DNA from: Verrucomicrobiota bacterium | Lineage (GTDB): Bacteria > Verrucomicrobiota > Verrucomicrobiia > Chthoniobacterales > UBA6821 | Direction: 5' to 3' | DNA length: 50,368 bases | Assembly (NCBI GenBank): GCA_008933015.1 | Contig: WBXH01000003.1 | Coordinates: 1 to 50,368 of the forward strand | Made by a program: the position numbers and the translations under genes | The notes under the pieces: generated by a model | Told to the model about the DNA's origin: nothing | The model's database searches: none | Seen by the model: only the letters and a program-made list of their open reading frames with translations | Part shown: one piece after another, positions 23,347 through 34,251 of the stretch | How the letters are laid out: every line of letters begins with the position of its first letter | Position numbering within the stretch: the first letter of the stretch is position 1

Positions 23347-23445
23347 TTACTAAATCCGGAACATTTCCCGCTGTAAAGAGGGATCGGTTACTTGACCTTG
23401 GGTGCACATCCCATTCAGAATTGAACTTTCAATAAAAAATACAGC

Positions 23446-24015
23446 ATGGCACGTAACACAAAGACCTCAAAAAAAGCCACGATCATCCCGACGAAGGCTT
23501 CAGCCAAAAAGAAATCCACTCCAGTGACTGCCAAGGGAGCAACCCGCGAAAAAAATGCTGATTTTCAAGAGGTCCGGACTCTCATCGAACTCCTCAAGAA
23601 AAACGACCTTGCGGTTCTGGAATTCGAGCAGGGTGATTTGCGCATCATTTTGAAAACTCCGGCCGGCTCTTCAGGAGGGGCCACGTTAATCCACGGACAT
23701 GCACCAGCAGCAGCACCGGCAACTTCCACACCTGCGGTCTTAATTGATAAAGAGTCTCCTGCCGAGCCTGAGAAGGGCAATTTCAAGGAGATCACCTCTC
23801 CAATGGTGGGAACATTCTACGCCGCCCCCTCCCCTGAATCTCCCGCTTTCGTCGAAGTTGGGAAAACCGTCAATGCCGAGACCGTCGTTTGCATCGTCGA
23901 AGCGATGAAGGTCATGAACGAAATCAAAGCGGAGATATCCGGAAAGATCGTCGAGGTCGTTGCCGAAAGCGGCAAACCGGTCCAATTCGGTCAGGTCCTC
24001 TTCCGGGTCAGCTGA
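23446..24015 (+). CDS. accB: Acetyl-CoA carboxylase biotin carboxyl carrier protein
   Basis: [10 protein letters not shown], biotinylation motif EAMKVMNEI, Ala/Pro linker; upstream of accC. Confidence 0.96.
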   Translation: MARNTKTSKKATIIPTKASAKKKSTPVTAKGATREKNADFQEVRTLIELLKKNDLAVLEFEQGDLRIILKTPAGSSGGATLIHGHAPAAAPATSTPAVLIDKESPAEPEKGNFKEITSPMVGTFYAAPSPESPAFVEVGKTVNAETVVCIVEAMKVMNEIKAEISGKIVEVVAESGKPVQFGQVLFRVS

Positions 24016-24044
24016 GACAATCGGAAAAACGGACCACCGAAAAA

Positions 24045-25409
24045 ATGTTCAAGAAAGTCCTGATAGCCAACCGCGGGGAAATTGCCCTGCGAATCATCCG
24101 AGCCTGCAAGGAACTGGGTGTCGGCACAGTCGCCGTTTACTCTGAGCCCGACCTGCACTCCCTTCACGTTCAGTTTGCTGACGAGGCAATCTGTATCGGA
24201 CCTGCTGCGGGGAGTGAGAGCTACCTACGGATCGACCGCATCATCAGTGCGGCGGAAATAGCCGATGTGGATGCCATTCATCCCGGATACGGGTTTCTCG
24301 CCGAAAACGCCCATTTTGCCGAAATCTGCGCCTCGGCCAATATCGCCTTTATCGGTCCCTCACCCGAGTCGATCCGACTCATGGGCGACAAGAATAGTGC
24401 CCGTGAATGTGCCAAGAAGGCCGGCGTGCCCATCTCCCCGGGAAGTGACGGTATTGTTCCGGACGAAAAGGAAGCCATTAAGGTCGCTCGAAAGATCGGC
24501 TATCCCGTGATGATCAAGGCGGTCGCCGGCGGTGGCGGTCGCGGCATGCGCATGGCTCACAACGAGGGAAGCCTTGTCCAGGGATTCCACAGCGCCCGGA
24601 TGGAGGCTGACAAGGCTTTCGGCAATCCCGATGTTTACATCGAGAAGCTGATCGTGAACCCGCACCACATCGAGTTCCAGGTCTTTGGGGACAAGCATGG
24701 CAAGATTGTGCATCTCGGCGAGCGTGACTGCTCTCTCCAGCGTCGCAACCAGAAGATCCTTGAGGAGTGTCCCTCCCCGCTGATGACGGAGGATCTTCGC
24801 AAGCGCATGGGCGAGGCATCGATCCGACTCTGCGAGACCGTCGGTTATTACAACGCAGGAACCATTGAGTACCTGGTCGATGACGACCTGAACTTCTATT
24901 TCATGGAGATGAATACACGCATCCAAGTGGAGCATCCCGTGACCGAGGAGGTCTACGGTGTCGATCTCGTAAAACAGCAAATTCAGGTGGCCGCCGGAGA
25001 GCATCTCTCCGACTACCTTCTCAACGCCAAACCTCGACTCCACTCCATCGAGTGCCGCATCAATGCGGAGGATCCTGAAAAGAATTTCATGCCTTGCCCT
25101 GGGAAGATAGAGGCCTATTACGCACCGGGAGGCCGCGGATTGCGCATCGACTCCCATGCCTATGCGGGTTATCCGATCCCACCAAACTATGACTCGATGA
25201 TCTCCAAGATGATCGCCACCGCCTCGACACGTGAAGCCGCGATCGCCCGCATGTCACGTGCTCTTGGCGAGTATCAGGTGGTCGGGATCAAGACGACTAT
25301 CCCGCTTCACCAGGTCATCATGCAGAACGTTAATTTCCGAAAAGGCAAGTATCACACCGGATTCCTGGAACACCTCCTCAAGGATGGCGTTCCGGTGATG
25401 AAGGAGTAG
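24045..25409 (+). CDS. accC: Acetyl-CoA carboxylase biotin carboxylase
   Basis: Start [14 protein letters not shown] at 24045; [32 protein letters not shown]. Confidence 0.97.
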   Translation: MFKKVLIANRGEIALRIIRACKELGVGTVAVYSEPDLHSLHVQFADEAICIGPAAGSESYLRIDRIISAAEIADVDAIHPGYGFLAENAHFAEICASANIAFIGPSPESIRLMGDKNSARECAKKAGVPISPGSDGIVPDEKEAIKVARKIGYPVMIKAVAGGGGRGMRMAHNEGSLVQGFHSARMEADKAFGNPDVYIEKLIVNPHHIEFQVFGDKHGKIVHLGERDCSLQRRNQKILEECPSPLMTEDLRKRMGEASIRLCETVGYYNAGTIEYLVDDDLNFYFMEMNTRIQVEHPVTEEVYGVDLVKQQIQVAAGEHLSDYLLNAKPRLHSIECRINAEDPEKNFMPCPGKIEAYYAPGGRGLRIDSHAYAGYPIPPNYDSMISKMIATASTREAAIARMSRALGEYQVVGIKTTIPLHQVIMQNVNFRKGKYHTGFLEHLLKDGVPVMKE

Positions 25410-25489
25410 GCACTCATGCCTCTGTCAAGAGGAGTAAGGAATTTGCCAAAGGTAATCCCTCTTCTTCACATTAGATACAGATCACCTTC

Positions 25490-26128
25490 ATGAAAACGCT
25501 TGCTGAGTGCAGCCTTTACGGAATTGTCGATACTGGTTATGTGGCCAGAGAAAGGCTTGGAACCATCACAAGCCAACTCCTCCAAGGTGGTGCTGATATC
25601 ATTCAGCTAAGGGCCAAAGGATGCGCGCCTCAGGAAGTTATTGCTATGGCACTGGAAATCGCACCGCTCTGCCGTGCAGCGGGCATTCCCTTCATCCTTA
25701 ATGATCATTCGGAACTGGTTCGTGAGGTCGGGGCAGACGGCGCCCATGTGGGACAAGATGATCTGTCGGTATCCGAGGCGCGCCGACTTGCCGGTCCGGG
25801 AGCCATTATCGGAAAATCAACCCATTCCGTAGAGCAGGCTATCGCAGCATCAGCGGAATCGCCCGACTACATTGGCTTCGGCCCCCTCTTTGCAACACCC
25901 ACAAAACCCGATTACACACCCATCGGGACAGAGGGGATTCAAGAAGTTCACGCTCAACTTTCGCTACCTATCTTCTGCATTGGCGGAATTAAACTCTCCA
26001 ATCTCCGGCATGTCCTGGATACGGGAGCACAGCGCGTGGTGATTGTTTCCGATCTTTTGCTGGCGGACGACCCCTCTGGCCGGACCGCCAATTGCAAGTC
26101 TGTCCTGAATTTGAGTGGTCGTGCCTGA
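25490..26128 (+). CDS. thiE: Thiamine phosphate synthase
   Basis: IQLRAK, FILND, GAHVGQDD, IGKSTHS, GPLFATPTK, IGGI. Confidence 0.95.
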   Translation: MKTLAECSLYGIVDTGYVARERLGTITSQLLQGGADIIQLRAKGCAPQEVIAMALEIAPLCRAAGIPFILNDHSELVREVGADGAHVGQDDLSVSEARRLAGPGAIIGKSTHSVEQAIAASAESPDYIGFGPLFATPTKPDYTPIGTEGIQEVHAQLSLPIFCIGGIKLSNLRHVLDTGAQRVVIVSDLLLADDPSGRTANCKSVLNLSGRA

Positions 26129-27152
26129 CCTTCTTTCATTCCTCCATAGATTGCAGGAAAAGCATGGAGGTGTTCTTTCCTTTGAACACTTCATGCGGGA
26201 GGCCCTCTACCATCCTGACTTCGGCTACTACTCGGCGAATATCAAAGGTGTCGGTAAGGTAGGTGATTTTTCTACGAGCGCCTCACTGGATAGCTTTCTC
26301 GGAGAGGCAATCGCAGCTTGGATAAAAAAACGAACTGAGAATCTCGGTTGGAAACGGATACCAATCCTTGAGGTCGGAGCTGGAAATGGAGAACTATCAC
26401 GAGCAGTGCTTTATCATCTTGGCTGGAAAGCTCGATGGATGACCGACTACATGATCCTGGAGACCTCTCCTATCCTGAGAGCGCAACAGCAGTCCAGACT
26501 CACGTGGCGCGGCGTACACTGGGTCTCCTCCCTTGAGGAGGCGCTGGCGAACAGTGGTGGCACGGCACTCATTTTCAGCAACGAGTTGGCGGATGCCTTC
26601 CCCTGCCGGATTTTTGAGAGAGGTGTTGTAGGTTGGAGGGAGCTCGGGGTTCGGATCACCACTCAAGGATCCCTTGAAGAAACTCTCCTTGGCTCCCCTC
26701 AAGAGGATTCTTGGTTTACTCAATTTGATCACCTTCCCGCAGGTCAGCGGGTGGAGCGCATCGATTCCTTCCGGGACTGGATGAAGGATTTAAACTCCCT
26801 GTGGATACTGGGTTCGATGCTCACCATCGATTATGGCAACACGTCAAATCTTCTCTACGACCGCAGGCCAGATGGCTCGCTCCGGGCTTACTTCCGTCAC
26901 GAACGCTACATCGGTAATCAGGTGTATGCGCGCTTTGGCAAACAGGACCTGACTGCAGATGTCAATTTCAGTGATCTGATTGCCTGGGGAAGCAGTTTTG
27001 GCTGGAGAAATGAACCCCTCCTTACGCAGCGGGAGTTTATTAAGAAATGGGTTAACTCTAAAGCAAACACGGCACTTTCCAACCGCTTTTCAACCTTCGG
27101 CGATGCGGGGGATTCCTTTAAAGTACTTGAGCAATCGAAACAGTTGAAATAA
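26115..27152 (+). CDS. SAM-dependent methyltransferase, MidA/NDUFAF7 family
   Basis: FMREALYHPDFGYY, GDFSTS, LEVGAGNG, SNELADAFP, IDYG, QDLTADVNF. Confidence 0.9.
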   Translation: MVVPDLLSFLHRLQEKHGGVLSFEHFMREALYHPDFGYYSANIKGVGKVGDFSTSASLDSFLGEAIAAWIKKRTENLGWKRIPILEVGAGNGELSRAVLYHLGWKARWMTDYMILETSPILRAQQQSRLTWRGVHWVSSLEEALANSGGTALIFSNELADAFPCRIFERGVVGWRELGVRITTQGSLEETLLGSPQEDSWFTQFDHLPAGQRVERIDSFRDWMKDLNSLWILGSMLTIDYGNTSNLLYDRRPDGSLRAYFRHERYIGNQVYARFGKQDLTADVNFSDLIAWGSSFGWRNEPLLTQREFIKKWVNSKANTALSNRFSTFGDAGDSFKVLEQSKQLK

Positions 27153-27159
27153 AAAGTTT

Positions 27160-29601
27160 CTAAGGAGCTAAAGGGCTTGAGCCGGCTTGGGATGCGGGAC
27201 TGAAGGCAAATGGAAGGGTGACCTGAGGAAGATCCTTAAGCGTCATGCTGAGCAGAGCTCCGTATTGGGTCTGCTGGCTGGTCGTTCCTGAGGCCTGATT
27301 ATTACGCACCTCGGCACCGAAGGAGAAAATCCAACTCGAGAGGTCCCGGTTGATCATGTATCGCTGGTAGATCAGCGAATTAGGCTGTCCTGCCTGCACG
27401 TTGTATATTTCTTGGGCGCTCAAGGACCAGTGATCATTGGCACGCCAGAACACATTGAAGGGGTACTGGTTGCCGGTGGCTGTCGAGGCAGTGCCGAGGC
27501 TATTGGTGCTCGCCACGCCCGTGTAGTTGTTCAGATATCGGGTTCCGAAACCAAACTCCAGATTACGAACTGGCATGACCTTGATGTCAGAGTTGAGCTC
27601 GGTGAATCCTTCAGAACAGAGAGGAACCTGGGATCCAATGCCAAAGTTCAGCCAACTGACAGGGGCAACAATGAGGCGGTCGTTGAGATTAGAGATCGGC
27701 CCGTTCACGTATGGGTTAATCCCGTTCACATCGGCAAAGGTATCCAAAAAGATCCAGTCGTAGGTCTCCCCGTCGCGCCGTGTCTGAAGACGGTTCCTGA
27801 AGCCAAGTCGCCAGATGGCCCAAGTATCGATGGAATCGATCGCGGCGAATTGAGGGAAGTCAAGGGGCTCCAACTGGGTGGAACTCGGCTGGTATCCCGA
27901 CTTGGTTTTTGCGGTCGGGTTATTCGGCAGGAGGCGGTCGAACTGGAGAACCTGATTCGCATTCGGGCCACCCGCATAGACATAAGAGAGATCACTGTAG
28001 GGCTGAAAAACGTGCCTCAGCCCATCCAGTCCCAGAAAGCTGGATTGAACATTTTCAAAATTGCGCGAGATCTTGAAAGAGTTCTCCAACCCAAGATTGA
28101 AAATGGGACGGAAAACATTGCCAGTAGTATGCAGTGTATTAGGTGGAGTCGTATTTGTAGTGACGATCTTCGTGCTAGAATTGGTTATTGTTGTGATCGT
28201 CGGATTTGCCGAGTATGCGAAAGGTGTGATGGCATTATTACTATCAACATAATGACCGCCTTCACTGTAGAAAACCCCACGGATACCAGCCATTGGTATT
28301 GTAGAGAGCCATCCAAAAAGATTCATCGGTGCACTAATCTGATGGAATGTATCAAATCTAGTAGCACCATAATCTATTTTGGAAGAGCTGAATGCGGTGT
28401 TGATCGCCGTGTTGGTGTATCCTATCGGAGCGTTTGTTGAGAATTTCCTATTGAGTTGGCCCAGTGAAGTCGTCCCATCATAATAGATGGGCAGTCCGAA
28501 CAAGGGCTCCTGCTTGAAATCAAAGGCGACCTCAGGCAATCGCTCCGTGGTCTCCTGGAATTGGTTCATCTGCCACCTCGTGACAAGCGACAGGCTGTAA
28601 ATATCATCCAACTTGGTCAGCGCTACGTTGTTATCGGGTTGTGGATTGACGCGGTTTTCCGCAGGGTAATAGTCCTGCATGAAATTGGCGTCGCTCAGCT
28701 TGGTCATATCCAAGGTAGCGTAGATATCATCTGTCAGGAAGACGTTCCCTTGGTACCCGACGCGGTAGCGACTGGGGTTGGTAGTAGCCGGCAAGGCATC
28801 CTTGAACTTGGCTGGATTAATGTCGTTGGCGTAGTAGGAGATGAACTTACCGAGATTTCGGTCATTCTTCCCGAATTTTAGGTTGGCATCAAAACCGACG
28901 GCGTAACCGTGAAGGGTACGATAGTCGGACCGGACAGTGGCCAGAAAGTTATCCCCTGTGCCGAGCGCCACCGTGTAAGCGGTTAAGAGGAACCCTCCCC
29001 ACTGGGAGTCATAGCCGGGGGAAAATTGCAGACCATTGTGGTTCAGGCTTGAGAAGGCGTACGGCACCCACATCACGGGGATTTTGCCAACATAAAGAGT
29101 GGTGTTGAGTAAAACTACCCTGTCATTCGGGTAGATCCGGATTGTTTTTGCATGGACATGCCAGTCGGGCATCGAAGAGTCGGAAGTGGTGATATCAGAA
29201 TCACTCAGGCGGAATTCCTTGGTTCCGAACCCCCTGGCAGAGAGTGAACTGAACTTGAGCGGATCATGACTGCCCTCAAATTCAAGAGCCCGGGTCTGCT
29301 TGGTTTCCAAGTTATAAAATACACGCTGTCCATTGAAGAGATCCTCTCCACTATAGATCCTCACATTCCCAACCAGCAGCACATCGCGCGTGTCGGGATT
29401 GTATTCGGCGTGATCGGCATAGATGGAGATGCCTCCGTAGTGTATCTGAACATTGTTATCTGCCACGGCGGTTCCGTTCTCGAAACGGGTGTCCCCATCG
29501 GCCGTTATTTCGACGGGTTTATCACTGAAATTTTCGAACTGGGCCCGCAGAGGGGCGCAGAGGAAAACTAACAGGGATAAAAGTAGGAATAAAAATCGCA
29601 T
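27160..29601 (-). CDS. lptD: LPS assembly outer membrane protein LptD-like
   Basis: Signal peptide from ATG 29601 (MRFLFLLL); OstA-like N domain (ITADG, IYADHAEYN), PDWHVHAKTIRI, IPVMWVPY, ERLPE; beta-rich C-terminal barrel. Confidence 0.85.
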   Translation of the reverse strand: MRFLFLLLSLLVFLCAPLRAQFENFSDKPVEITADGDTRFENGTAVADNNVQIHYGGISIYADHAEYNPDTRDVLLVGNVRIYSGEDLFNGQRVFYNLETKQTRALEFEGSHDPLKFSSLSARGFGTKEFRLSDSDITTSDSSMPDWHVHAKTIRIYPNDRVVLLNTTLYVGKIPVMWVPYAFSSLNHNGLQFSPGYDSQWGGFLLTAYTVALGTGDNFLATVRSDYRTLHGYAVGFDANLKFGKNDRNLGKFISYYANDINPAKFKDALPATTNPSRYRVGYQGNVFLTDDIYATLDMTKLSDANFMQDYYPAENRVNPQPDNNVALTKLDDIYSLSLVTRWQMNQFQETTERLPEVAFDFKQEPLFGLPIYYDGTTSLGQLNRKFSTNAPIGYTNTAINTAFSSSKIDYGATRFDTFHQISAPMNLFGWLSTIPMAGIRGVFYSEGGHYVDSNNAITPFAYSANPTITTITNSSTKIVTTNTTPPNTLHTTGNVFRPIFNLGLENSFKISRNFENVQSSFLGLDGLRHVFQPYSDLSYVYAGGPNANQVLQFDRLLPNNPTAKTKSGYQPSSTQLEPLDFPQFAAIDSIDTWAIWRLGFRNRLQTRRDGETYDWIFLDTFADVNGINPYVNGPISNLNDRLIVAPVSWLNFGIGSQVPLCSEGFTELNSDIKVMPVRNLEFGFGTRYLNNYTGVASTNSLGTASTATGNQYPFNVFWRANDHWSLSAQEIYNVQAGQPNSLIYQRYMINRDLSSWIFSFGAEVRNNQASGTTSQQTQYGALLSMTLKDLPQVTLPFAFSPASQAGSSPLAP

Positions 29602-29692
29602 TGATAGAGACCCGTAAAGGCTAAGTCGCACCCCCCCTCGTTCAAGGAGAAAATCGCCCGTCAGCGCGATAAATGGAGAGGCTCTTGAAACA

Positions 29693-30376
29693 CTATTTCC
29701 CGAGGTGCCTGATATCCTCCGCCCTGACTGCAAAGACCACATCCTCAGCAATGTTAGCAGAATGGTCACCGATGCGCTCGAGACACCTGCTGATAAAGAT
29801 CATATTCAGGTAGGCGGGAAGGTTTGTGGAATCATCCTGCATCCGGTTAATCAACTCATCGGTAACTTCCTTATTCAATCTGTCGAGGCTCTTGTCTCGG
29901 GCCTTAAGTTCGACGGCCAGAGATGCGTTCCGTTCGGCAAAGGATCTGATGGCATCTTCAAACATCTCGAGCGAAAGCTTGATCACTGGATCAAGAAGGT
30001 GAAGCTCAGGTAACTCCGGATGCTCGTTGAGTTTGCGCGCTCGGCGGGCGATATTGACGGCCTGATCGGCAACCCTCTCGATATTGGCGCCAATCTTGAT
30101 GGAGGAGATCACTTCGCGAAGATCTTTGGCGACAGGTTGAAAGCGACTCATCACCTCAATCCCCTCCCTGTCGATCTGGATCTCAAGAAGGTCGATCTCC
30201 TCGTCATCAGCGATGGAGTGGTTACAAAAATCGTCGTCACGTTCAAAAAGGCCCTGGATGGCGTTCTGAAGGTTTTTCTTCGTCAGGCTCGCCATCGTCA
30301 AAACGCTGCCCCGGAGTTTATCCAGGGCCGTCGTGAAATCGGAAAGCGTGTGGGGTCGGGATGGTTCGGTATGCAT
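29693..30376 (-). CDS. phoU: Phosphate signalling protein PhoU
   Basis: DDEEIDLLE, QPVAKDLR, IERVADQAVNIA, LERIGDHSANIAE; start ATG 30376. Confidence 0.95.
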   Translation of the reverse strand: MHTEPSRPHTLSDFTTALDKLRGSVLTMASLTKKNLQNAIQGLFERDDDFCNHSIADDEEIDLLEIQIDREGIEVMSRFQPVAKDLREVISSIKIGANIERVADQAVNIARRARKLNEHPELPELHLLDPVIKLSLEMFEDAIRSFAERNASLAVELKARDKSLDRLNKEVTDELINRMQDDSTNLPAYLNMIFISRCLERIGDHSANIAEDVVFAVRAEDIRHLGK

Positions 30377-30383
30377 GATGGGA

Positions 30384-31235
30384 TCAGCCAAAACGGCCGG
30401 TGATATATTCTTCCGTCTGTAGCTTGGATGGGTTTGTGAATATTTTACGCGTCTCGTCGAACTCGACAAGATTACCAAGATAGAAAAAGGCGGTGAGTTC
30501 CGAGACACGGCTGGCCTGCTGCATGTTATGGGTCACGATAACGATTGTGAAATCCTTCTTCAACTCGATGATGAGTTCCTCCACCTTGGCTGTTGCGATA
30601 GGATCGAGCGCCGAGCAGGGTTCATCCATGAGAAGAATTTCGGGCGAGCTGGCGATGGCTCGGGCGATGCAAAGGCGCTGCATTTGCCCTCCCGAAAGAC
30701 CCAAAGCACTATCGTGGAGGCGGTCTTTCACTTCATCCCAGAGAGCAGCGGAGCAGAGACAGCGTTCCACTGTTTCATCATGAACGGAACGATCCCCTTG
30801 GCCAGCGATCCTGAGCGGGTAGACGATGTTCTCGTAGATGGACATCGGAAACGGGTTTGATTTTTGGAAGACCATACCGATTCTCCTGCGCAGGGCGATA
30901 ACCTCGACAGAGGGATCGAAAATGCTTGTCCCGTGGATCGTGATATCACCTTCATGGCGAACTCCCGGGATAAGTTCGTTCATCCTGTTGAAATTCCTTA
31001 GTAGGGTCGACTTGCCACATCCGGAAGGTCCAATAAAGGAGATGACCCGGCGTGAAGGGATCTCGAGGTTGATACCGTGCAGGGCCTCTTTTTTACCGTA
31101 AAAGAATTTGAAATTATCGACCTTGATGAAGTTGGTTTCACCAGGGGAAAAATCATCGGTTAATTCAAGAGGCCGAGCAGTTGAGTTGGGGATTTGAATC
31201 GGGTGTTCTTCGGTGGACATGGAGTCTTTACTCAC
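30384..31235 (-). CDS. pstB: Phosphate ABC transporter ATPase
   Basis: [53 protein letters not shown]. Confidence 0.97.
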   Translation of the reverse strand: MSKDSMSTEEHPIQIPNSTARPLELTDDFSPGETNFIKVDNFKFFYGKKEALHGINLEIPSRRVISFIGPSGCGKSTLLRNFNRMNELIPGVRHEGDITIHGTSIFDPSVEVIALRRRIGMVFQKSNPFPMSIYENIVYPLRIAGQGDRSVHDETVERCLCSAALWDEVKDRLHDSALGLSGGQMQRLCIARAIASSPEILLMDEPCSALDPIATAKVEELIIELKKDFTIVIVTHNMQQASRVSELTAFFYLGNLVEFDETRKIFTNPSKLQTEEYITGRFG

Positions 31236-31239
31236 GGAT

Positions 31240-32118
31240 TTAACGATGTTTGGGACTGAAAATCAATTGAGCTAATATATTGGTCATCGTCACGACCGTC
31301 ACGAGAACAAGCGATGCCGACCAAGCCAACTTGATGTGGTAGGCGTAAGGCAGTGATGCAAAATTGTAAATCAGCACAGAGAGGGAAGCCGTCGGCTCAA
31401 GGACTGATGTTATCCAGTTCTGGCTGAATAGCGCTGTGAAAAGAACCGGGGCAGTTTCCCCTGCTGCACGGGAGACAGCGAGCATGACTCCCGTCATGAT
31501 CGCGGGCATGGCATCAGGAAGCACGATGCGCCAGATTGTCTGGAAGGCGGTGGCCCCAACGCCAAAAGAAGCCTCGCGGTAGGCAGAAGAGACTCCCATC
31601 AGGGCCTGTTCCGTGGTAAGCAGGATGATAGGCAGGATCAATATCGCGAGCGCCACACCTCCCGCTATGGCAGAGAAATGGTGGGATGTCATGACAACGG
31701 CAGCAAAGGCAAAGACACCACAAATAATCGAGGGTATGCCGGTCAGAAGTTTGGCAACAAACCTGACCGCGGATGACACTGGTGAAACGGGGGCATATTC
31801 ATTGATGTAAACTGCCGAGAAGACCCCGAGCGGAACCGCGAGAAGGAGTGAAATGCCGACCATCACAAGCGTTCCCATGATGGCATTGCCAAACCCTCCC
31901 CCCTCCAGTCCAGGGGCTGGAGGCAACTGGCTGAAGAGGTTCATGCTTAGCAGGGGCAGACCGTTACGGATCACGAGAATGACGATCGAGATCAGTGGTA
32001 CCAAAGTCAGTAGCGATAGGGCGATGCAGAGTCCGGTCAGGAACCGATTGCGCAACAACCTGAAAAAAGATGTTTCCCCCTTTGGACTTGAAAAGAAATG
32101 GAGCGGTTTAGGTTTCAT
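31240..32118 (-). CDS. pstA: Phosphate ABC transporter permease
   Basis: [35 protein letters not shown]; operon position. Confidence 0.95.
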   Translation of the reverse strand: MKPKPLHFFSSPKGETSFFRLLRNRFLTGLCIALSLLTLVPLISIVILVIRNGLPLLSMNLFSQLPPAPGLEGGGFGNAIMGTLVMVGISLLLAVPLGVFSAVYINEYAPVSPVSSAVRFVAKLLTGIPSIICGVFAFAAVVMTSHHFSAIAGGVALAILILPIILLTTEQALMGVSSAYREASFGVGATAFQTIWRIVLPDAMPAIMTGVMLAVSRAAGETAPVLFTALFSQNWITSVLEPTASLSVLIYNFASLPYAYHIKLAWSASLVLVTVVTMTNILAQLIFSPKHR

Positions 32119-32131
32119 CAAGTCTAATTAA

Positions 32132-33094
32132 TTAACGCAATCCAGCCGTGGCACGCTGTGTCTGCCGTAGCACCATTTCCCCAGCAAGGTTGACAACAAG
32201 AGTCAGGGCAACAAGGAGGAGGGCAGCATACATCAGTGCGCTGATCTGGATTCCATCAGCCTCCGCAAACTGGTTGGCCAAAAGCGCAGAGAGCGTATTG
32301 GATGGAGAGAGAAGCGACCAGGAGAGTCGCTGGCTGTTTCCAATCAGCATGGCCACCGCCATGGTCTCACCCATCGCCCTTCCGAAAGCCAGGATGGCGG
32401 AAGCCACGATGCCGGGGGCTGCCGTCGGTAGAATGACCCTTAGGATCGTCTCCCACCTCGTGGCTCCGAGGGCGTAGGAACCCTCGCGTAACGAGTAAGG
32501 TACCACCACCAATGAGGAGCGGGAGATCGCAGTGATGGTTGGAAGTACCATCAGGGCCAGCACGAGACTAGCCGTGAGTAGGCTATTGCCATAGGCCGGA
32601 CCTGCCAAGAGAGGGAGGAAACCGAAGTGTGCAGACAGGATCGTGCCGTACTGCTGGACAAGGGGAATCACGACGAAAATACCCCACAATCCGTAGACAA
32701 CGCTTGGAATGGCCGCGAGTAATTCAACCACAAACCGGATGACCTGACGCAATGGATCAGGCAGGAAATCCTCACTGAGAAAAAGGGCGATGGCCAAACC
32801 GAGAGGAAGCGCGACCAGAAGAGCCAAAAAGCTACTCGCGATAGTTCCGATCAAGACAGGAAGCACACCGAACACTTCCCGATTCGGGCTCCACTGGGTT
32901 CCAGTGATGAATCCAAATCCAAACTTGTGGATCGCAGGCCACGCCTTGAGCAGAATCTCCCCAAAAATGAACACCAGGAGAAGTACCGTCAGGATACAGG
33001 CAAACAAGCAGGCGCCTCTAAAGAAATCAGGGCGGCGGCGGTATTCCTGCGTCAAGGTGCTCAACGCCCCGGTATTTGAGAAATGCCCCCCCAC
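32132..33094 (-). CDS. pstC: Phosphate ABC transporter permease
   Basis: ELLAAIPSVVYGLWG, REGSYALGATRWE, RAMGETMAV, LANQFAEA. Confidence 0.95.
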   Translation of the reverse strand: MGGHFSNTGALSTLTQEYRRRPDFFRGACLFACILTVLLLVFIFGEILLKAWPAIHKFGFGFITGTQWSPNREVFGVLPVLIGTIASSFLALLVALPLGLAIALFLSEDFLPDPLRQVIRFVVELLAAIPSVVYGLWGIFVVIPLVQQYGTILSAHFGFLPLLAGPAYGNSLLTASLVLALMVLPTITAISRSSLVVVPYSLREGSYALGATRWETILRVILPTAAPGIVASAILAFGRAMGETMAVAMLIGNSQRLSWSLLSPSNTLSALLANQFAEADGIQISALMYAALLLVALTLVVNLAGEMVLRQTQRATAGLR

Positions 33095-33127
33095 AAATCT
33101 TGTTTCCCTAAAGTTTTCGGTCGACGC

Positions 33128-34132
33128 TTATTTGACGGTCTCGAGGGTGGCTTGAACCTTAGCCACCACAGAGGGGGGTAGTGAGATGTATCCCAGCAGG
33201 GGTGCCGAAGCCTGACCCTTGGTGAGGCCAAAGGTCACGAACTCCCTCACTGCGGCAGCTTTTTCGGCGTCAGGATAAGTTTTCTTCACAAGCAACCAGG
33301 TGAAAGTGGCAATCGGGTAATCGTTAGGGCCATCGGGATCGGTGATAAAGGCCCTCAGGTTGTCAGGAAGAACCACCGAGGCAAGAGTCGCGGCACCACT
33401 CTCAATGGTTGGAGCAATAAAGTTACCAGCCTTATTCTGAAGATCGGCCATCGTGAGTTTGTTGTTGTCGGCATAGCCGAACTCCACATAGCCGATCGAT
33501 CCGGGCGTCTGTTTAATAAGCGCCGTGACCCCGTCATTGCCCTTTCCTGCAAGACCAACCGGCCAGGTGACAGACTTTCCGCTGCCCACTTTGGCTGCAA
33601 ATTCGGGGCTAACAGCATCCAGATGGGCAGTGAAAACAGCCGTGGTACCGCTTCCATCCGAGCGCGTGACGACGGTGATCGGGAGGTTAGGAATCTTCAG
33701 GTCGGGGTTATCCTTAACAATCAAGGGATCGTTCCAATGTTCGATCTTTCCTAGGAAGATGCTGCTGTAGATGTCACGGGAAAGTTTGAGTCCGCCCTGA
33801 CCACCGGGAATATTATAAGCAAGAACGATGGTTCCAGCCGCGGCGGGAAGCATCAGTACGTTTCCTCCCATCTTGGCAATCTCAACGTCCGTGATAGCGA
33901 CATCGCTTGCACCAAAATCAGTAATTCCATCACCGAACTGCTTCACACCTGCACCACTTCCCACTGCTTGATAATTAATGGTAACCGTGTTGTTAGCCTT
34001 CCCGAAATCAGAGGCCCAACGGAGGTAGAGAGGAGCAGGAAAGGTAGCACCGGATCCGTTTAATGCTGTAACAGCCTTTGCCTCAATGAACATTGCAGCA
34101 AATGTAACGGCTAAAAGAAGGATTCGTGTCAT
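33128..34132 (-). CDS. pstS: Phosphate ABC transporter substrate-binding protein
   Basis: Signal peptide; GSGATFP, YQAVGSGAG, DFGASD, RSDGSGTT, GKGNDGV, YPIATFTW. Confidence 0.97.
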   Translation of the reverse strand: MTRILLLAVTFAAMFIEAKAVTALNGSGATFPAPLYLRWASDFGKANNTVTINYQAVGSGAGVKQFGDGITDFGASDVAITDVEIAKMGGNVLMLPAAAGTIVLAYNIPGGQGGLKLSRDIYSSIFLGKIEHWNDPLIVKDNPDLKIPNLPITVVTRSDGSGTTAVFTAHLDAVSPEFAAKVGSGKSVTWPVGLAGKGNDGVTALIKQTPGSIGYVEFGYADNNKLTMADLQNKAGNFIAPTIESGAATLASVVLPDNLRAFITDPDGPNDYPIATFTWLLVKKTYPDAEKAAAVREFVTFGLTKGQASAPLLGYISLPPSVVAKVQATLETVK

Positions 34133-34185
34133 AGTTGTTTTGTAGCAGCGGAGTAAACCATCAAGTCAGCGATATTGCAGGAAGA

Positions 34186-34243
34186 ATGACAAATCCTTTC
34201 CCGTGACATTCTGGTCAAGAAGGATTGAGAATACCAATGACAG
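34186..34243 (-). promoter_or_regulatory. Possible Pho-box half-sites upstream of pstS
   Basis: Minus-strand CTGTCAT (34237-34243), ATGTCAC (34203-34209), TTGTCAT (34186-34192); spacings 34 and 17 nt, not the canonical 11. Confidence 0.35.
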
Positions 34244-34251
34244 ATGGAGTT

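Noticed and set aside
24360-25157. 265-aa ORF antisense to accC
   Set aside because: Shadow of a conserved, codon-biased gene; no independent features.
25410-25489. TPP riboswitch upstream of thiE
   Set aside because: No CTGAGA core; only a short CCTCT/AGAGG stem.
27412-28440. 342-aa plus-strand ORF antisense to lptD
   Set aside because: TTG start, no recognisable motif; consistent with a shadow ORF.
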